Assembly: GCA_041666845.1 (NCBI GenBank)
Contig: JBAYGC010000006.1
Location: forward strand, 6-64,005
DNA length: 64,000 nt
DNA from: Patescibacteria group bacterium
GTDB lineage: Bacteria > Patescibacteriota > Patescibacteriia > UM-FILTER-42-10
Direction of reading: 5' to 3'
A program made the translations under genes and the position numbers. Positions 21,401 through 30,871 of the stretch are shown piece by piece. A model generated the notes under the pieces. That model had not been told where the DNA came from. It did no database searches and worked only from the letters and a program-made list of their open reading frames with translations. How positions within the stretch are numbered: position 1 is the first letter of the stretch; each line of letters starts with the position of its first letter.

Positions 21401-21962
21401 TTATCGGGAGCAGCTAGCAAAGCTGACCAGTCCGATCAACACACTTAGTAAAGGTCTGAAAAGAAATATTACTGTTGGCGGAATTATAACGTCAATCAAA
21501 AAAATAATTACGAAGACCAACGAGCAGATGCTTTTTGTCACTCTGGAAGATCTGACCGGAGCGGTGGAGATAATCGTTTTTCCTTCCACACTGAAGGAAA
21601 ATTCGGAAATCTGGGCGGAAGACAAGATGCTGTTGGTCACCGGCAAAGTGAATACCAAAGAAGGCATTCCGAAATTAATCTGCGAAAAAGTAAAAGAGTT
21701 TGCCGGACAATCAAATTCCGATAAGCCGGAAACAGCTGAAAAGAAAATTTCTATTGAAATCGCCAATTTGGAAAAAGAAACATTGGACAAGCTAAAAGTA
21801 ATTTTTGAAAAGAATCCGGGTGAATATAAAGTTTTTCTGGTTTGGAGAAATGGCGGCAGTCCGAAAATTATTTCCACTAAAACTGCGATCAGGATCAGCG
21901 ATGATGTAGTGAATGAAATTGAGACTATCGTCGGTAGCGGAGCGGTCAAAGTATCAGATTAG
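18492..21962 (+). CDS. dnaE: DNA polymerase III alpha subunit
   Basis: N-terminal PHP domain (VHLHTHSHYSLLDG), the polymerase core (GSAAGS, PDIDIDF) and a C-terminal OB fold. 1156 aa. Confidence 0.95.
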   Translation: MSFVHLHTHSHYSLLDGLPKIGDLVARAKKLNMNALALTDHGVLYGAIEFFQKATEAGIKPIIGVEAYVAKNGMHNKRSRVDDRPYHLILLAKNQTGYQNLLSLVTKAHLEGFYYKPRIDWELLQQHSKGLIAMTACLQGEIPSAIRNSDLKHAEELIKNYAELFGEGNFYLELQHHPSIEQQHRVNEALIDLGKKLKIPLVATNDVHYLEPADAYPQDVLLCIQMKRKQEETDRISYVGEDFSLKTPEQMARDFSHVPEALENTVKIAEKCNLDIEFGKIMLPHFETPKETNPDDFLRELCYEGIKKRFGIDIPSDPTKQNITDEKTRTIIDRLEYELKVIHKTGFASYFLIVQDFVNWAKNSKIVVGPGRGSAAGSIVSYVLNITNLDPLHYELMFERFLNPERISMPDIDIDFADSRRNEVITYVEEKYGKDHVAQIITFGTMAARAAIRDVGRVQGLPYNFCDQVAKMIPMFMTLDDALKAVPELKSLYTTDTEAKKLIDTAKKLEGVARHTSTHACGIVIAPNPLEQHVPTQYASQDDKTIITQYSLNPIEDLGLLKMDFLGLKNLTILENALDIIFKTTGEEVDIDKIPLDDKNAFKLFQKGDTIGVFQLESSGMTRYLKELKPTDLEDIIAMVSLYRPGPMELIPDYIAGKRGKKKISYLHPKLEPILKKTYGIAVYQEQILQIARDLCGFTLGEADILRKAIGKKIRSLLMEQREKFVQGAINNGIQKRIAEKLFDFVEPFAEYGFNRSHAACYALIAYQTAYLKANWPAQFLAALLTADYGNTDRIAVEVAETKKHGIEVVPPDVNESFSTFTVVKESLGTDQPRIRFGLMAIKNIGTNIVRTIIDERKKDGKYKNLEDFLRRVQTKDLNKKSLESLIKCGAMDDFGNRQTLLDNLESILIYAKNSQKERLNGQTNLFGMLPAEHSPKLRLTESEPVDKKTRLGWEKQLLGMYISEHPLDDYREQLAKLTSPINTLSKGLKRNITVGGIITSIKKIITKTNEQMLFVTLEDLTGAVEIIVFPSTLKENSEIWAEDKMLLVTGKVNTKEGIPKLICEKVKEFAGQSNSDKPETAEKKISIEIANLEKETLDKLKVIFEKNPGEYKVFLVWRNGGSPKIISTKTAIRISDDVVNEIETIVGSGAVKVSD

Positions 21963-22032
21963 CACTACTCTTCCGATAAACTCATAATTTTGGTATGATA
22001 AGGATGGAAAATAACCATTCTTTTTAAGTTTA

Positions 22033-23190
22033 ATGCCGACAATCAAAAAAGCAAAAATAGGAAAACGATATTCGAAAATGGCAGTAATCTTTCTCGGCGT
22101 GGCTTTGGTTGCGGTCGTCGCCATTGTCTATGTATCGCTGGCCAAAACAGTAATTACAATCACCCCAAGCCCGGAAGCGGTCAGCATTTCTTTTGATTTA
22201 CCCATAACTACGGGAACAAATGAAACTGAAAATCCGTCATATTCCTTGACAGGACGGCTGGTGGAGAAGCAGACCAAGGAAACCAAAACATTTACCAATG
22301 TAACCAGCCAGAGTAAAGTTCAGGGCAAAGCGGAAGGAGCGGTTACAATTTATAATAATTATGGAAGCAATCAACCGTTAGTCGCGTCCACGCGTCTGCT
22401 TTCGGAAGACGATGTTCTGTTCCGAACCAAAGAAACAGTTACGGTTCCGGCGGGAGGACAAGTTGAAGTTGCTGTGGAAGCGGATCAGGCAGGTGAGGCG
22501 GGCAATATCGGACCTTCCCGTTTTACGATTGTCGCACTATGGAAAGGACTGCAGGATAAAATTTATGCTGAAAGCACAGAAGCAATGTCCAATGGACTGC
22601 GTGACGTAACTGTCGCTACACTGGAAAATATCAATGATGCTAAGGAACAATTTGCTGTTGAATTGAAAGAAAAAGCAACGGAAGAACTGTCTCGAGAAGT
22701 GGCAAAAGAAAATTCAACAGAAAGAATCCTGCCTCAGGCAGTCGCCTATCAGATACTGGAGGAAGACGCGGATATTGAACCGGATACCGAAGTTAATTCC
22801 TTTGAGGTAACCAGTAAAATAAATGTCATCGCCGCTGTTTTTGATGAGACCGAACTATTCAACCACGCCAAACAACTGCTCGCAGAAAGAGTACCGGCGA
22901 ACAAGGAGCTAATTGGAACAGAAATCAGTTTACTGCAGTACAAACTAAAATCCTACGATCTGGAAAATCAGACAGCTGTTTTGAGTGTTACCTTGGACGG
23001 AACTACTTATGTAAAGCTGGCCAGCCCGATTTTTGACCGTGACAATCTTCTCAACCGTGATAAGCAGGAAATTAAAACATATTTTCTAGACTTTCCGGAA
23101 ATTCAGAATGTCGATGTGAAATTTTCCCCGTTTTGGGTATTCCGCTCCCCTTCTTTGAAAGATCATATTGAAATAGTGATTCAGAAATGA
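22033..23190 (+). CDS. Signal-anchored hypothetical protein
   Basis: 385 aa. N-terminal TM helix. No recognised motif. Translationally coupled to the next gene. Confidence 0.55.
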   Translation: MPTIKKAKIGKRYSKMAVIFLGVALVAVVAIVYVSLAKTVITITPSPEAVSISFDLPITTGTNETENPSYSLTGRLVEKQTKETKTFTNVTSQSKVQGKAEGAVTIYNNYGSNQPLVASTRLLSEDDVLFRTKETVTVPAGGQVEVAVEADQAGEAGNIGPSRFTIVALWKGLQDKIYAESTEAMSNGLRDVTVATLENINDAKEQFAVELKEKATEELSREVAKENSTERILPQAVAYQILEEDADIEPDTEVNSFEVTSKINVIAAVFDETELFNHAKQLLAERVPANKELIGTEISLLQYKLKSYDLENQTAVLSVTLDGTTYVKLASPIFDRDNLLNRDKQEIKTYFLDFPEIQNVDVKFSPFWVFRSPSLKDHIEIVIQK

Positions 23191-24242
23191 TGTTCAATAT
23201 CGAAAATAAAAATAATCAAGCGGAGTCTTTCGAAGATAATTTGAACGACAGTGTTCCAGATAAGAAAATACTCAAACAGGAACCACAGACAGAAAATAAC
23301 CCCACAATGATTATGGGGTTATTGAAAAACATCCGGGATAAATTCCGTAGAGCGTTTGTATTTGCACCAGCATCGAATAATGAGTTAAAAAATAGAATGG
23401 ACGAAGAACTAACTGCCGTAGAGTATGCGGCAACAAAAGAAGGAGTAGATTTTTCGCGTTGTCAGATGGAGAAAGTTGTTGAAGCCTATCAGAAAGGACG
23501 GAAAGTTGAATTTGAATCATTCAGTCCTTACCTTTCCGATTATGATTTATCGACCGGCAAAATCTGGGATGATAAACTGACCGCAACAGATAATGCGGGA
23601 ATAGTCATCGGCAAAGTACTCAGAGCAGAATTTCCAAAAGCAAGATTAATATCCCTCTATGACGAGTACAATACTGAGCTACCTGACACCTCCAACCCAA
23701 GGGGAATACCTGAACCAGGAGCACAAATAACCCTCCCAGATGAAACAAAGCGTACGTTTTATGAAAATATTAAGCAGTTGTTAAAGAATAATGGTTTGAT
23801 TAGTCCTGATGCAAAAGAAGGTGGGGAGTATCTGTTAATTTCAGAAAGTTTAAAAGTAAAAGATGCGGAAATCCTTATTAATAAATTGGAACTGAATGGA
23901 AATATTGAACGCGATGGCGAATCTATATATTTTATTAATCCGGAATCAGAAAACCCCGCATATAGGCGAATTCAGCTTAGAACCAAAGCCGGACGTTGGT
24001 TGTGTGAAGCTTTAGATGCATCATCTTATATTAAACCTGAAAATTTAGAAATAACTCATCTGGTAGTACTGCCTAACCATTTCAAGGAACAACAGGATAA
24101 AGTTTGGGAAATACTGCGTGTACTTGGAATCATGCCAACAAATTATCACAATATATTCTTTGATGAGAATAATGATCCGGAAATCATGGCAAAAGTAATT
24201 CAAGCAGAAATCAATTCATTCAGAATCAAACAAGGCAGATAA
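23187..24242 (+). CDS. Hypothetical protein
   Basis: 351 aa with no recognised domain. A hairpin aggcc-tgtttt-ggcct lies after the stop. Confidence 0.5.
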   Translation: MMFNIENKNNQAESFEDNLNDSVPDKKILKQEPQTENNPTMIMGLLKNIRDKFRRAFVFAPASNNELKNRMDEELTAVEYAATKEGVDFSRCQMEKVVEAYQKGRKVEFESFSPYLSDYDLSTGKIWDDKLTATDNAGIVIGKVLRAEFPKARLISLYDEYNTELPDTSNPRGIPEPGAQITLPDETKRTFYENIKQLLKNNGLISPDAKEGGEYLLISESLKVKDAEILINKLELNGNIERDGESIYFINPESENPAYRRIQLRTKAGRWLCEALDASSYIKPENLEITHLVVLPNHFKEQQDKVWEILRVLGIMPTNYHNIFFDENNDPEIMAKVIQAEINSFRIKQGR

Positions 24243-24243
24243 T

Positions 24244-24464
24244 TTGACAAAAGGCCTGTTTTGGCCTATCTTTAAACTACTTTTAAACGATTGAGAAAGC
24301 TACCAACTTTCTTCCCTAAACGATAATGGGACGGGCAACCGCTAAGTTTATCAGTCAATTCAAACAAAAGCGCCTAATCCTGGCTTTGTCTATAGACTTA
24401 GGAAATTGGGTGGAACCGTCCCCTATCATTGGGACCCCAAACACTGTTAGTTGTTTGGTTTTTT
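24244..24464 (+). ncRNA. T-box-like leader (candidate Thr-specific T-box riboswitch) upstream of nudix-thrS
   Basis: aaattGGGTGGaACCGtc at 24404-24420 resembles the T-box consensus AATTAGGGTGGTACCGCG. A stem-loop gaaag-ctACCaa-ctttc exposes ACC (a Thr codon) followed by A. Terminator ccaaaca-ctgttagt-tgtttgg plus tttttt at 24437-24464. Confidence 0.4.
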
Positions 24465-24478
24465 AATTTAATAATATT

Positions 24479-24967
24479 ATGCAAGAATCACAACACTATT
24501 GCGTGACGGATATATTTCTGGAGAATGAGGATGGCGAAATCCTGATGATCAAACGCAGCAAGAATAAAGAAATCCTGCCGAATGTTTATAATGGTCTGGG
24601 CGGAAAGATTCACACTGGTGAAACACCGCTCGAATCGGTCTTACGTGAAGCAAATGAAGAAGGTGGAATTGTAAACGCATCGGGCGTTAAATTGCGCGCG
24701 AACCTTACAGTTAAAGATAAATTCGGCTTCTGGCAAATTTATATATTTTACGGACATATCGCCAAAGACAGTGTAGTAATCAGAGAAATCGATGAGGGCA
24801 CGCTCGAGTGGGTTCCTAAAGACGAGTTGACGAAATATTACCTGGTACCGGATCTTATGCATTGGTTTCCCAAAATGATTACGGAACCGGATACATTCCA
24901 GTTTGTTAACGTAGAATACGACGATCAATATAAAATAATTAATATAAAAATTGAATCACTAAACTAA
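24479..24967 (+). CDS. Nudix hydrolase
   Basis: Nudix box GGKIHTGETPLESVLREANEEGGI. Confidence 0.8.
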   Translation: MQESQHYCVTDIFLENEDGEILMIKRSKNKEILPNVYNGLGGKIHTGETPLESVLREANEEGGIVNASGVKLRANLTVKDKFGFWQIYIFYGHIAKDSVVIREIDEGTLEWVPKDELTKYYLVPDLMHWFPKMITEPDTFQFVNVEYDDQYKIINIKIESLN

Positions 24968-24971
24968 ATAC

Positions 24972-26771
24972 ATGAAAAAAGAAATTCCAATCGAACTAAA
25001 GAGACATTCCCTGGCCCACGTCATGGCCGCAGCGGTCGCCAACTTGTATCCGGGCGCCAAATTCGGTGTCGGGCCGATTATCGACAACGGGTTTTATTAT
25101 GATATCGACTTGCCCGCCCAACTGGTGCCGGATGATCTGAAAAAAATAGAAAAAGAAATGATCCGGCTAATCAACCAGAAACAGGCTTTTATCCTGGAAG
25201 AGTTACCAATCAAAAAAGCAATCGAGTTTTTTAAAGGAATGAATCAGGATTACAAAATTGAACTGCTAAATGACCTGCAAGAAAAAGGTACCACCCGAAT
25301 CTCGGATGAAGAAGCGCAGGATCTCGATCCGAAAAAGAAAGACAAAGTAACGATTTACAAAACCGGCGATTTCACCGACCTCTGCCGGGGTCCGCATGTG
25401 GATACCACGGAGCAACTGCAAAACTGCGCATTCTCGCTGGACCGCATCGCCGGCGCTTATTGGCGTGGGGACGAGAAAAATAAACAGCTGACCAGAATCT
25501 ACGGCTTGGCTTTTAACAGTAAGAAAGAACTATCGGAGTACAAACATAACCTGGAACTAGCCAAAGAAAGAGATCACCGCAAAATCGGTAAAGAACTAGG
25601 ACTGTTTCATATCTCACCGGAGGTCGGTGCAGGACTGCCGCTCTGGACACCAAAAGGCACGACCATCCGCAGAGAACTGGAAAAATTTTTGACGGAACTG
25701 CAGGAAAAGGACGGATATGACCAGGTGATTACCCCGCATATCGGCAAGATTGATTTGTATAAGACTTCAGGGCATTGGCAGAACTACCGAGAAAATATTT
25801 ACGCTCCGATGAATATCGACGGCGAAGAATTTGTTTTGAAACCGATGAACTGCCCCCACCATATTCACATCTTTTCGTCTCAAATGCGCAGCTATCGTGA
25901 TTTGCCAATTCGCCTTTCGGAGTTCGGTACTGTTTACCGCTATGAACAATCCGGTGAGCTGACCGGATTGGTCCGGGCACGCGGATTTACGATTGATGAC
26001 GCTCATATTTTTTGCCGAACCGACCAGATTAAAGAAGAATTCTCCAACGTAATCGAGCTGATTAAAACTGTCTTTTCCACCCTGAAGTTTAAAGATTTCG
26101 AAGCGCGCATCGGCCTTCGAGATCCGAAATCCAGCAAATATGTGGGATCGGATGAGCTGTGGGAAAGAGCGGAAAAGGAAATCGAAGAAGTTGTTAAATC
26201 GAAGAAAGTTAAATACATCAAACAGGAAGGTGAAGCCGCTTTCTACGGGCCGAAGCTTGATTTCGTGGTCAGAGATGTGATTAACAGAGAGTGGCAACTG
26301 GGTACGATCCAGGTGGATTATAACCTGCCTGAGCGGTTTAAACTGGCATACAAAGGTGCAGATGACAAGGACCACCGGCCGGTGATGATTCACCGTGCAC
26401 CGTTCGGTTCCATGGAGCGCTTTGTCGGAATCATGATTGAACATTTCGGTGGCGCTTTCCCGACTTGGTTATCACCTACCCAGGTTTATGTAATTCCGGT
26501 CGGTAAAGACCATTTCAAATTTTCTGAGGAACTGGGTAAATCGCTGAAAGCACAAGGGATCCGTACGGAAGTTGATTTGAACCGGGAAACAGTCGGTTAT
26601 AAAATCCGTAAAGCGGAAAAACTGAAGGTTTCCTACATGCTGGTGATCGGCGACAAGGAAGTGAAGGACAAAGAACTGACTGTCCGCGCCAGAGGTTCCA
26701 AAGATGTAAAGAATATGTCACAAGCGGAATTTGTGGAGAAAATCCAAAAAGAAATTAAAGAAAGGAAATAA
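24972..26771 (+). CDS. thrS: Threonyl-tRNA synthetase (short form, lacking the N-terminal TGS region)
   Basis: Class II aaRS motifs, HRDLPIRLSEFG, and a C-terminal anticodon-binding domain. Confidence 0.93.
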   Translation: MKKEIPIELKRHSLAHVMAAAVANLYPGAKFGVGPIIDNGFYYDIDLPAQLVPDDLKKIEKEMIRLINQKQAFILEELPIKKAIEFFKGMNQDYKIELLNDLQEKGTTRISDEEAQDLDPKKKDKVTIYKTGDFTDLCRGPHVDTTEQLQNCAFSLDRIAGAYWRGDEKNKQLTRIYGLAFNSKKELSEYKHNLELAKERDHRKIGKELGLFHISPEVGAGLPLWTPKGTTIRRELEKFLTELQEKDGYDQVITPHIGKIDLYKTSGHWQNYRENIYAPMNIDGEEFVLKPMNCPHHIHIFSSQMRSYRDLPIRLSEFGTVYRYEQSGELTGLVRARGFTIDDAHIFCRTDQIKEEFSNVIELIKTVFSTLKFKDFEARIGLRDPKSSKYVGSDELWERAEKEIEEVVKSKKVKYIKQEGEAAFYGPKLDFVVRDVINREWQLGTIQVDYNLPERFKLAYKGADDKDHRPVMIHRAPFGSMERFVGIMIEHFGGAFPTWLSPTQVYVIPVGKDHFKFSEELGKSLKAQGIRTEVDLNRETVGYKIRKAEKLKVSYMLVIGDKEVKDKELTVRARGSKDVKNMSQAEFVEKIQKEIKERK

Positions 26772-26774
26772 CCC

Positions 26775-27836
26775 ATGACTGTAGAATTTCCTCCAACCAC
26801 AACCCCACCCTCTGATAATGAGGAGGGTGAAAATGAAATCGTCGAGACTGAATCAAGATGGAAAAATCCGGTTGATCTGCAGTTAGAATTGCCGGCACTA
26901 TTTGATTTGGAAAACATATCAAGAATAATCGGTAAGCCGATCGATCGCATCGAAGTTGTAAATTCAGCTAGAAAGAATGACGGGACTTTGGAAAAATTCT
27001 TGGTTAAATACTATGCGGAAGGCAGAGTGTATTATGCAACATCAAACACAAACTACCAGATGAAACCGGCCTATGAAAATCACAAAGCACTCCATGCTCA
27101 AATGCCAAATCAGACCGTACCACAACCGGTAGGATTCATTGATGAAATAAATGCGGTTATTTATGAAGAACTGGTAGGAGATAATTTTGTTGAGCATATG
27201 CGAAGTACTTCAGATGAAAATAAGTTAGAACTATTTCGAAAAGCCGGCGAGGTATTAAATCAATTGCACCAAGTAGATCCTGATTCTGTAGATTCTGGCG
27301 CAAACACATCCAACGCCAGTCTGGAAAATATAATGTCATCAATCAACTCAGATACATTCACTGAAATTGAAGTACGAGATCCGGAATTCACTGCTCGACT
27401 CAGGGAATTATATGAGAAGCTTGTTGCGTATGAAACAAAATTATTAGCTGATTCTAAATTAGTAGTTGCACATGGTGATTTTCATCCTAAAAATCTTTTA
27501 GTTACCGATGGCGAAAGTATCGGTATTGTTGATTTTACCGATGTGTCGGTTACTGCACGCGCGCGTGATATCGGCGGGTTTTTGGAACAAACGTATGCAA
27601 TAATCAGAGACCAGGAAGGCTTAGAAACTGACGAACAAATGAGTCAATATCGAGAAGCCTTCATTACTGGTTATGGTGATGGCATAAAACAAGATGACGG
27701 TGATGTTAAATTCTATCAAGCTTGGCAAGCATGGCGAAATTCAATGTATTATGCAGGCAAAGTAGTACCTGATTTCATTAGAGCGGAAAATTATCTACAG
27801 AGAGCAAATAGCCATTTTGCTGACATTAGCCAATAA
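26775..27836 (+). CDS. APH/choline-kinase-family phosphotransferase
   Basis: Catalytic motif HGDFHPKN and IVDFTDV (a DFG-like motif). The substrate is unknown. Confidence 0.7.
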   Translation: MTVEFPPTTTPPSDNEEGENEIVETESRWKNPVDLQLELPALFDLENISRIIGKPIDRIEVVNSARKNDGTLEKFLVKYYAEGRVYYATSNTNYQMKPAYENHKALHAQMPNQTVPQPVGFIDEINAVIYEELVGDNFVEHMRSTSDENKLELFRKAGEVLNQLHQVDPDSVDSGANTSNASLENIMSSINSDTFTEIEVRDPEFTARLRELYEKLVAYETKLLADSKLVVAHGDFHPKNLLVTDGESIGIVDFTDVSVTARARDIGGFLEQTYAIIRDQEGLETDEQMSQYREAFITGYGDGIKQDDGDVKFYQAWQAWRNSMYYAGKVVPDFIRAENYLQRANSHFADISQ

Positions 27837-27839
27837 ATA

Positions 27840-29126
27840 ATGCCGAAGTATTACAACCACATTCTGGGGTGCCAGATGAACAAGCTGGACGCGGAGAAAA
27901 TGGACGCCCTGCTCGAACAAATGGGGTTTACCGAAACTAAAAAAGAATCAGAAGCAGATCTGATCAATGTTCTGGCGTGTTCCGTCCGGCAGTCCGCGAT
28001 TAACCGGATTGACGGTAAATTAAAGACCTGGAACAAACTGCGGAAGGATAAACCGCTCACTACCCTCCTGACCGGCTGTGTCCTACTGAAGGATAAAAAA
28101 GGAATCGGCAAACAGTTTGATATTCTTTTGGATATGTCACAAATGCACACGCTCCCGCAGGTTCTGAAAAAGCGTATGCAGGATATTGAAGACATCTTTC
28201 CGGACAGCGACTATTTCAAACTGCCGACCAAACACAAATCCCCGTTTCAGGCGTTTGTAACAATCCAGAACGGGTGTAATAAATTCTGCCGTTACTGCGC
28301 AGTCCCCTACACCAGAGGTCGCGAGATATCCCGTTCTTCAGATCAGATTATTTCAGAAGTGCGTGATTTGGTAAACAAAGGATATAAAGAAATCACCCTG
28401 CTTGGCCAGACCGTCAATTCCTACATCAATCCGGAAAAAGGAACAGTTAAATCGTTCGCTGATCTGTTAAAAGCAATCGGGAAGATTAAGGGCGACTTCT
28501 GGATCCGCTTCATCTCACCTTACCCCACCGACTTTTCCGATGAATTAATTGACGTTATTGCCAGCGACAAAAAAATCTGTCCGCACATGCACATCCCCGT
28601 TCAGGCCGGCAGTAACGACATGCTGAAAAAAATGCTTCGTAAATACACAAGGGAAGAATATCTGGCACTGATTGAAAAAATCCGCGCCAAAATGCCGGAT
28701 ATTGCTATCACCACGGACATCATTGTCGGTTTCTGCGATGAGACAGAAGAAAACTTCCAAGACACACTGGATCTTTATGAAAAAGTAAAATTTGACATGG
28801 CCTATCTGGCGCAGTATTCCAAACGGCCCGGCACGCAGGCGACCAAACTTTTTAAGGATAATATTCCCCAAAGAGTAAAGAAGCAACGGGAAGTTGCGCT
28901 CAATGAAGTGGTAAAAAAATATGCGCTTTTGAACAATGAAAAATTACTAGATAAAACCGTAACCGTTTTGCCGGAGAGTATCAGAAAAGGAATGCTGTAT
29001 GGAAAAACAGACACCAATAAATCGATCCAGATAAAAAACGGGACAAAAGATCAGATCGGAAAGTTTATCCAAGTCAAAGTAACAAAAGTTAATCCCTGGA
29101 GTCTGGAAGGAACTTTAAAAAAATAA
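27840..29126 (+). CDS. miaB: tRNA-i6A37 methylthiotransferase MiaB (radical SAM)
   Basis: N-terminal MTTase Cys residues (GCQMN), radical-SAM motif CNKFCRYCAVP and a C-terminal TRAM domain. Confidence 0.85.
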   Translation: MPKYYNHILGCQMNKLDAEKMDALLEQMGFTETKKESEADLINVLACSVRQSAINRIDGKLKTWNKLRKDKPLTTLLTGCVLLKDKKGIGKQFDILLDMSQMHTLPQVLKKRMQDIEDIFPDSDYFKLPTKHKSPFQAFVTIQNGCNKFCRYCAVPYTRGREISRSSDQIISEVRDLVNKGYKEITLLGQTVNSYINPEKGTVKSFADLLKAIGKIKGDFWIRFISPYPTDFSDELIDVIASDKKICPHMHIPVQAGSNDMLKKMLRKYTREEYLALIEKIRAKMPDIAITTDIIVGFCDETEENFQDTLDLYEKVKFDMAYLAQYSKRPGTQATKLFKDNIPQRVKKQREVALNEVVKKYALLNNEKLLDKTVTVLPESIRKGMLYGKTDTNKSIQIKNGTKDQIGKFIQVKVTKVNPWSLEGTLKK

Positions 29127-29158
29127 GCCTTGTCAAAACGGAGACAAAGCTCAAGGAT

Positions 29159-29671
29159 CTAGAACAGAACGAACAGGCGGTACGAAGCGATAGCTGAGGT
29201 CAGAACACCGACCATGTTCCCTGTGAAAATGAGCAGGAACGCGCGCGGCAGTTTTAAGAGGCGCGCAGTGATGATGGAAACCGTGACCGCATACGGCAGG
29301 AGCGGGATTGCGACCAGGAAGAAGATCACGGCGCTGGGGTACCGGCTGTTCACGATATAGCTCGTCAGCATATCGCGAAAACGTTGCAGACCGGCGTTGA
29401 TTGCGAAAAGCCTGCGCTCCATCTGTTGTGAACGGCCATTGGCACCGTTCTGCCGTAGGACACGCTTCGTGAGCACAATCGTTTGCTCGCCCAACCAGAG
29501 GAGCATCTCGGGACAGTAGAACAGCAGAGTCATCCCGATGCTCGAGCCGATGAGCAGTGCGAAGAACCCCTTCCAGAAGCCGTAACCGGCCAGAAACACG
29601 GCGAAGGCCGTTACCTCTTCCTGCCAGATGGCTGACCAGACAAAGAAGAGCTCGTCCAGCAAGAAAACCAC
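29159..29671 (-). CDS. GC-rich island gene: small polytopic membrane protein (possibly DedA/TVP38-like)
   Basis: 170 aa with 4 hydrophobic helices. GTG start, preceded by GGAGGT with 6-nt spacing. The gene is GC-rich against AT-rich flanks. The overlapping ORF 29151..29720 is a frame artefact. Confidence 0.5.
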   Translation of the reverse strand: MVFLLDELFFVWSAIWQEEVTAFAVFLAGYGFWKGFFALLIGSSIGMTLLFYCPEMLLWLGEQTIVLTKRVLRQNGANGRSQQMERRLFAINAGLQRFRDMLTSYIVNSRYPSAVIFFLVAIPLLPYAVTVSIITARLLKLPRAFLLIFTGNMVGVLTSAIASYRLFVLF

Positions 29672-29762
29672 GTAATGACCTCCTGTCAGAGTGAATCCAA
29701 AGGCACGGTCGAAGTATCATAATTTATCATAACCTATCCTGCAGGTCAATATATAAAACAGC

Positions 29763-29907
29763 AACCATTGCGATCACATTTTTGTGTGTCATTTCGAGCG
29801 TAGTTGCGCAAAGCGCGACGGAGCCGAGAAATCTATAGACTTCCCCGCCTCGACTCGCTTCTACTCGTCGACGCGAGGCGGGTCCACTACGGTCGAAGTG
29901 ACAATTG
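29763..29907. repeat. Family-A GC-rich palindromic MITE/REP-like element (inverted, partial copy)
   Basis: Reverse-complement match to 37277-37419. Shares the aaccattgcga TIR, the gtcatttcgagcg...cgctcgaaatgac arms and the core cgcctcgactcgcttctactcgtcgacgcg. Confidence 0.7.
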
Positions 29908-29965
29908 ATGGCACTTGGGGGGGGCATCCCGCTCCCGTTTAAATAATCGTATCGATAACAAACAA

Positions 29966-30871
29966 ATGAAAAAAATCGTCGTAATCCTAGGACCAACCGC
30001 CGCCGGTAAAACCGGCATGTCTTTAACCTTGGCCAAAAAATTTAACGGCTATATCATTTCCGCTGACTCCCGCCAGGTGTACCGTGGGATGGATATCGGC
30101 ACGGGAAAATTGACCAAAGACAAATGGCAAGGGATCAATCACCGGATGATTGACATTATGGACCCGGACCAGGAATTCAGCCTGGCACAGTTTCAGAAAA
30201 CAGTCTTCGCCATCATCAACGAAGAAAAGGAAAAACTGCCTTTCCTGGTCGGCGGTACCGGCCTTTACATCCAGTCTATCGTGGACAATCTGGATATTCC
30301 CAAAGGCGGAATGGATAAAAATCTGCGCAAAGAGCTGGACGAAAAAACTGCTGAGGAACTTTTCAAAATACTGATTCAGCTGGACTATAAATCGGCACAG
30401 GAAATAGATATCAATAATAAACGCCGGCTGATCCGGGCCATCGAAGTTTTCAAAATATCCGGCGAAAAGTATTCGGAACAAAAAGGGAAAAACTCTCCCC
30501 TCGTTCAGACACTCCAAATCGGTATCAAATTATCCCGGGAAGAAATGTATGACCGCATCGACCGGCGAGTGGATGAGATGATCAAAGAAGGTTTGGTGGA
30601 TGAAGTGAAGGCGCTCGGCGACAAATACGGCTGGGACATCCCTGCCATGTCCGCGATCGGCTACAAACAGCTATCCGCGTATTTTAGAAATGAAATATCG
30701 CAAGCTGAAGCGATCGCTCAAATCAAAAACGACTCCCATCATTACGCCAAACGGCAAATGACGTGGTTCAAGCGCGACAGTCGGATAAAATGGGTTACAT
30801 CCGTGGCAGAAGCGGAAGAGCTGGTAAATAATTTCCTGACCAATAAATTCAGTTTTCACGGAATAATATGA
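29966..30871 (+). CDS. miaA: tRNA dimethylallyltransferase
   Basis: GPTAAGKTGMSL P-loop and ADSRQVYRGMDIGTGK. The start was chosen at MKKIVVILGP, downstream of the ORF-track start. Confidence 0.9.
   Translation: MKKIVVILGPTAAGKTGMSLTLAKKFNGYIISADSRQVYRGMDIGTGKLTKDKWQGINHRMIDIMDPDQEFSLAQFQKTVFAIINEEKEKLPFLVGGTGLYIQSIVDNLDIPKGGMDKNLRKELDEKTAEELFKILIQLDYKSAQEIDINNKRRLIRAIEVFKISGEKYSEQKGKNSPLVQTLQIGIKLSREEMYDRIDRRVDEMIKEGLVDEVKALGDKYGWDIPAMSAIGYKQLSAYFRNEISQAEAIAQIKNDSHHYAKRQMTWFKRDSRIKWVTSVAEAEELVNNFLTNKFSFHGII

Noticed and set aside
29151-29996. ORFs 29151..29720 (-) and 29727..29996 (-)
   Set aside because: The first is an alternative frame of the GC-rich membrane-protein gene. The second lies entirely within the family-A repeat element and the miaA upstream region.
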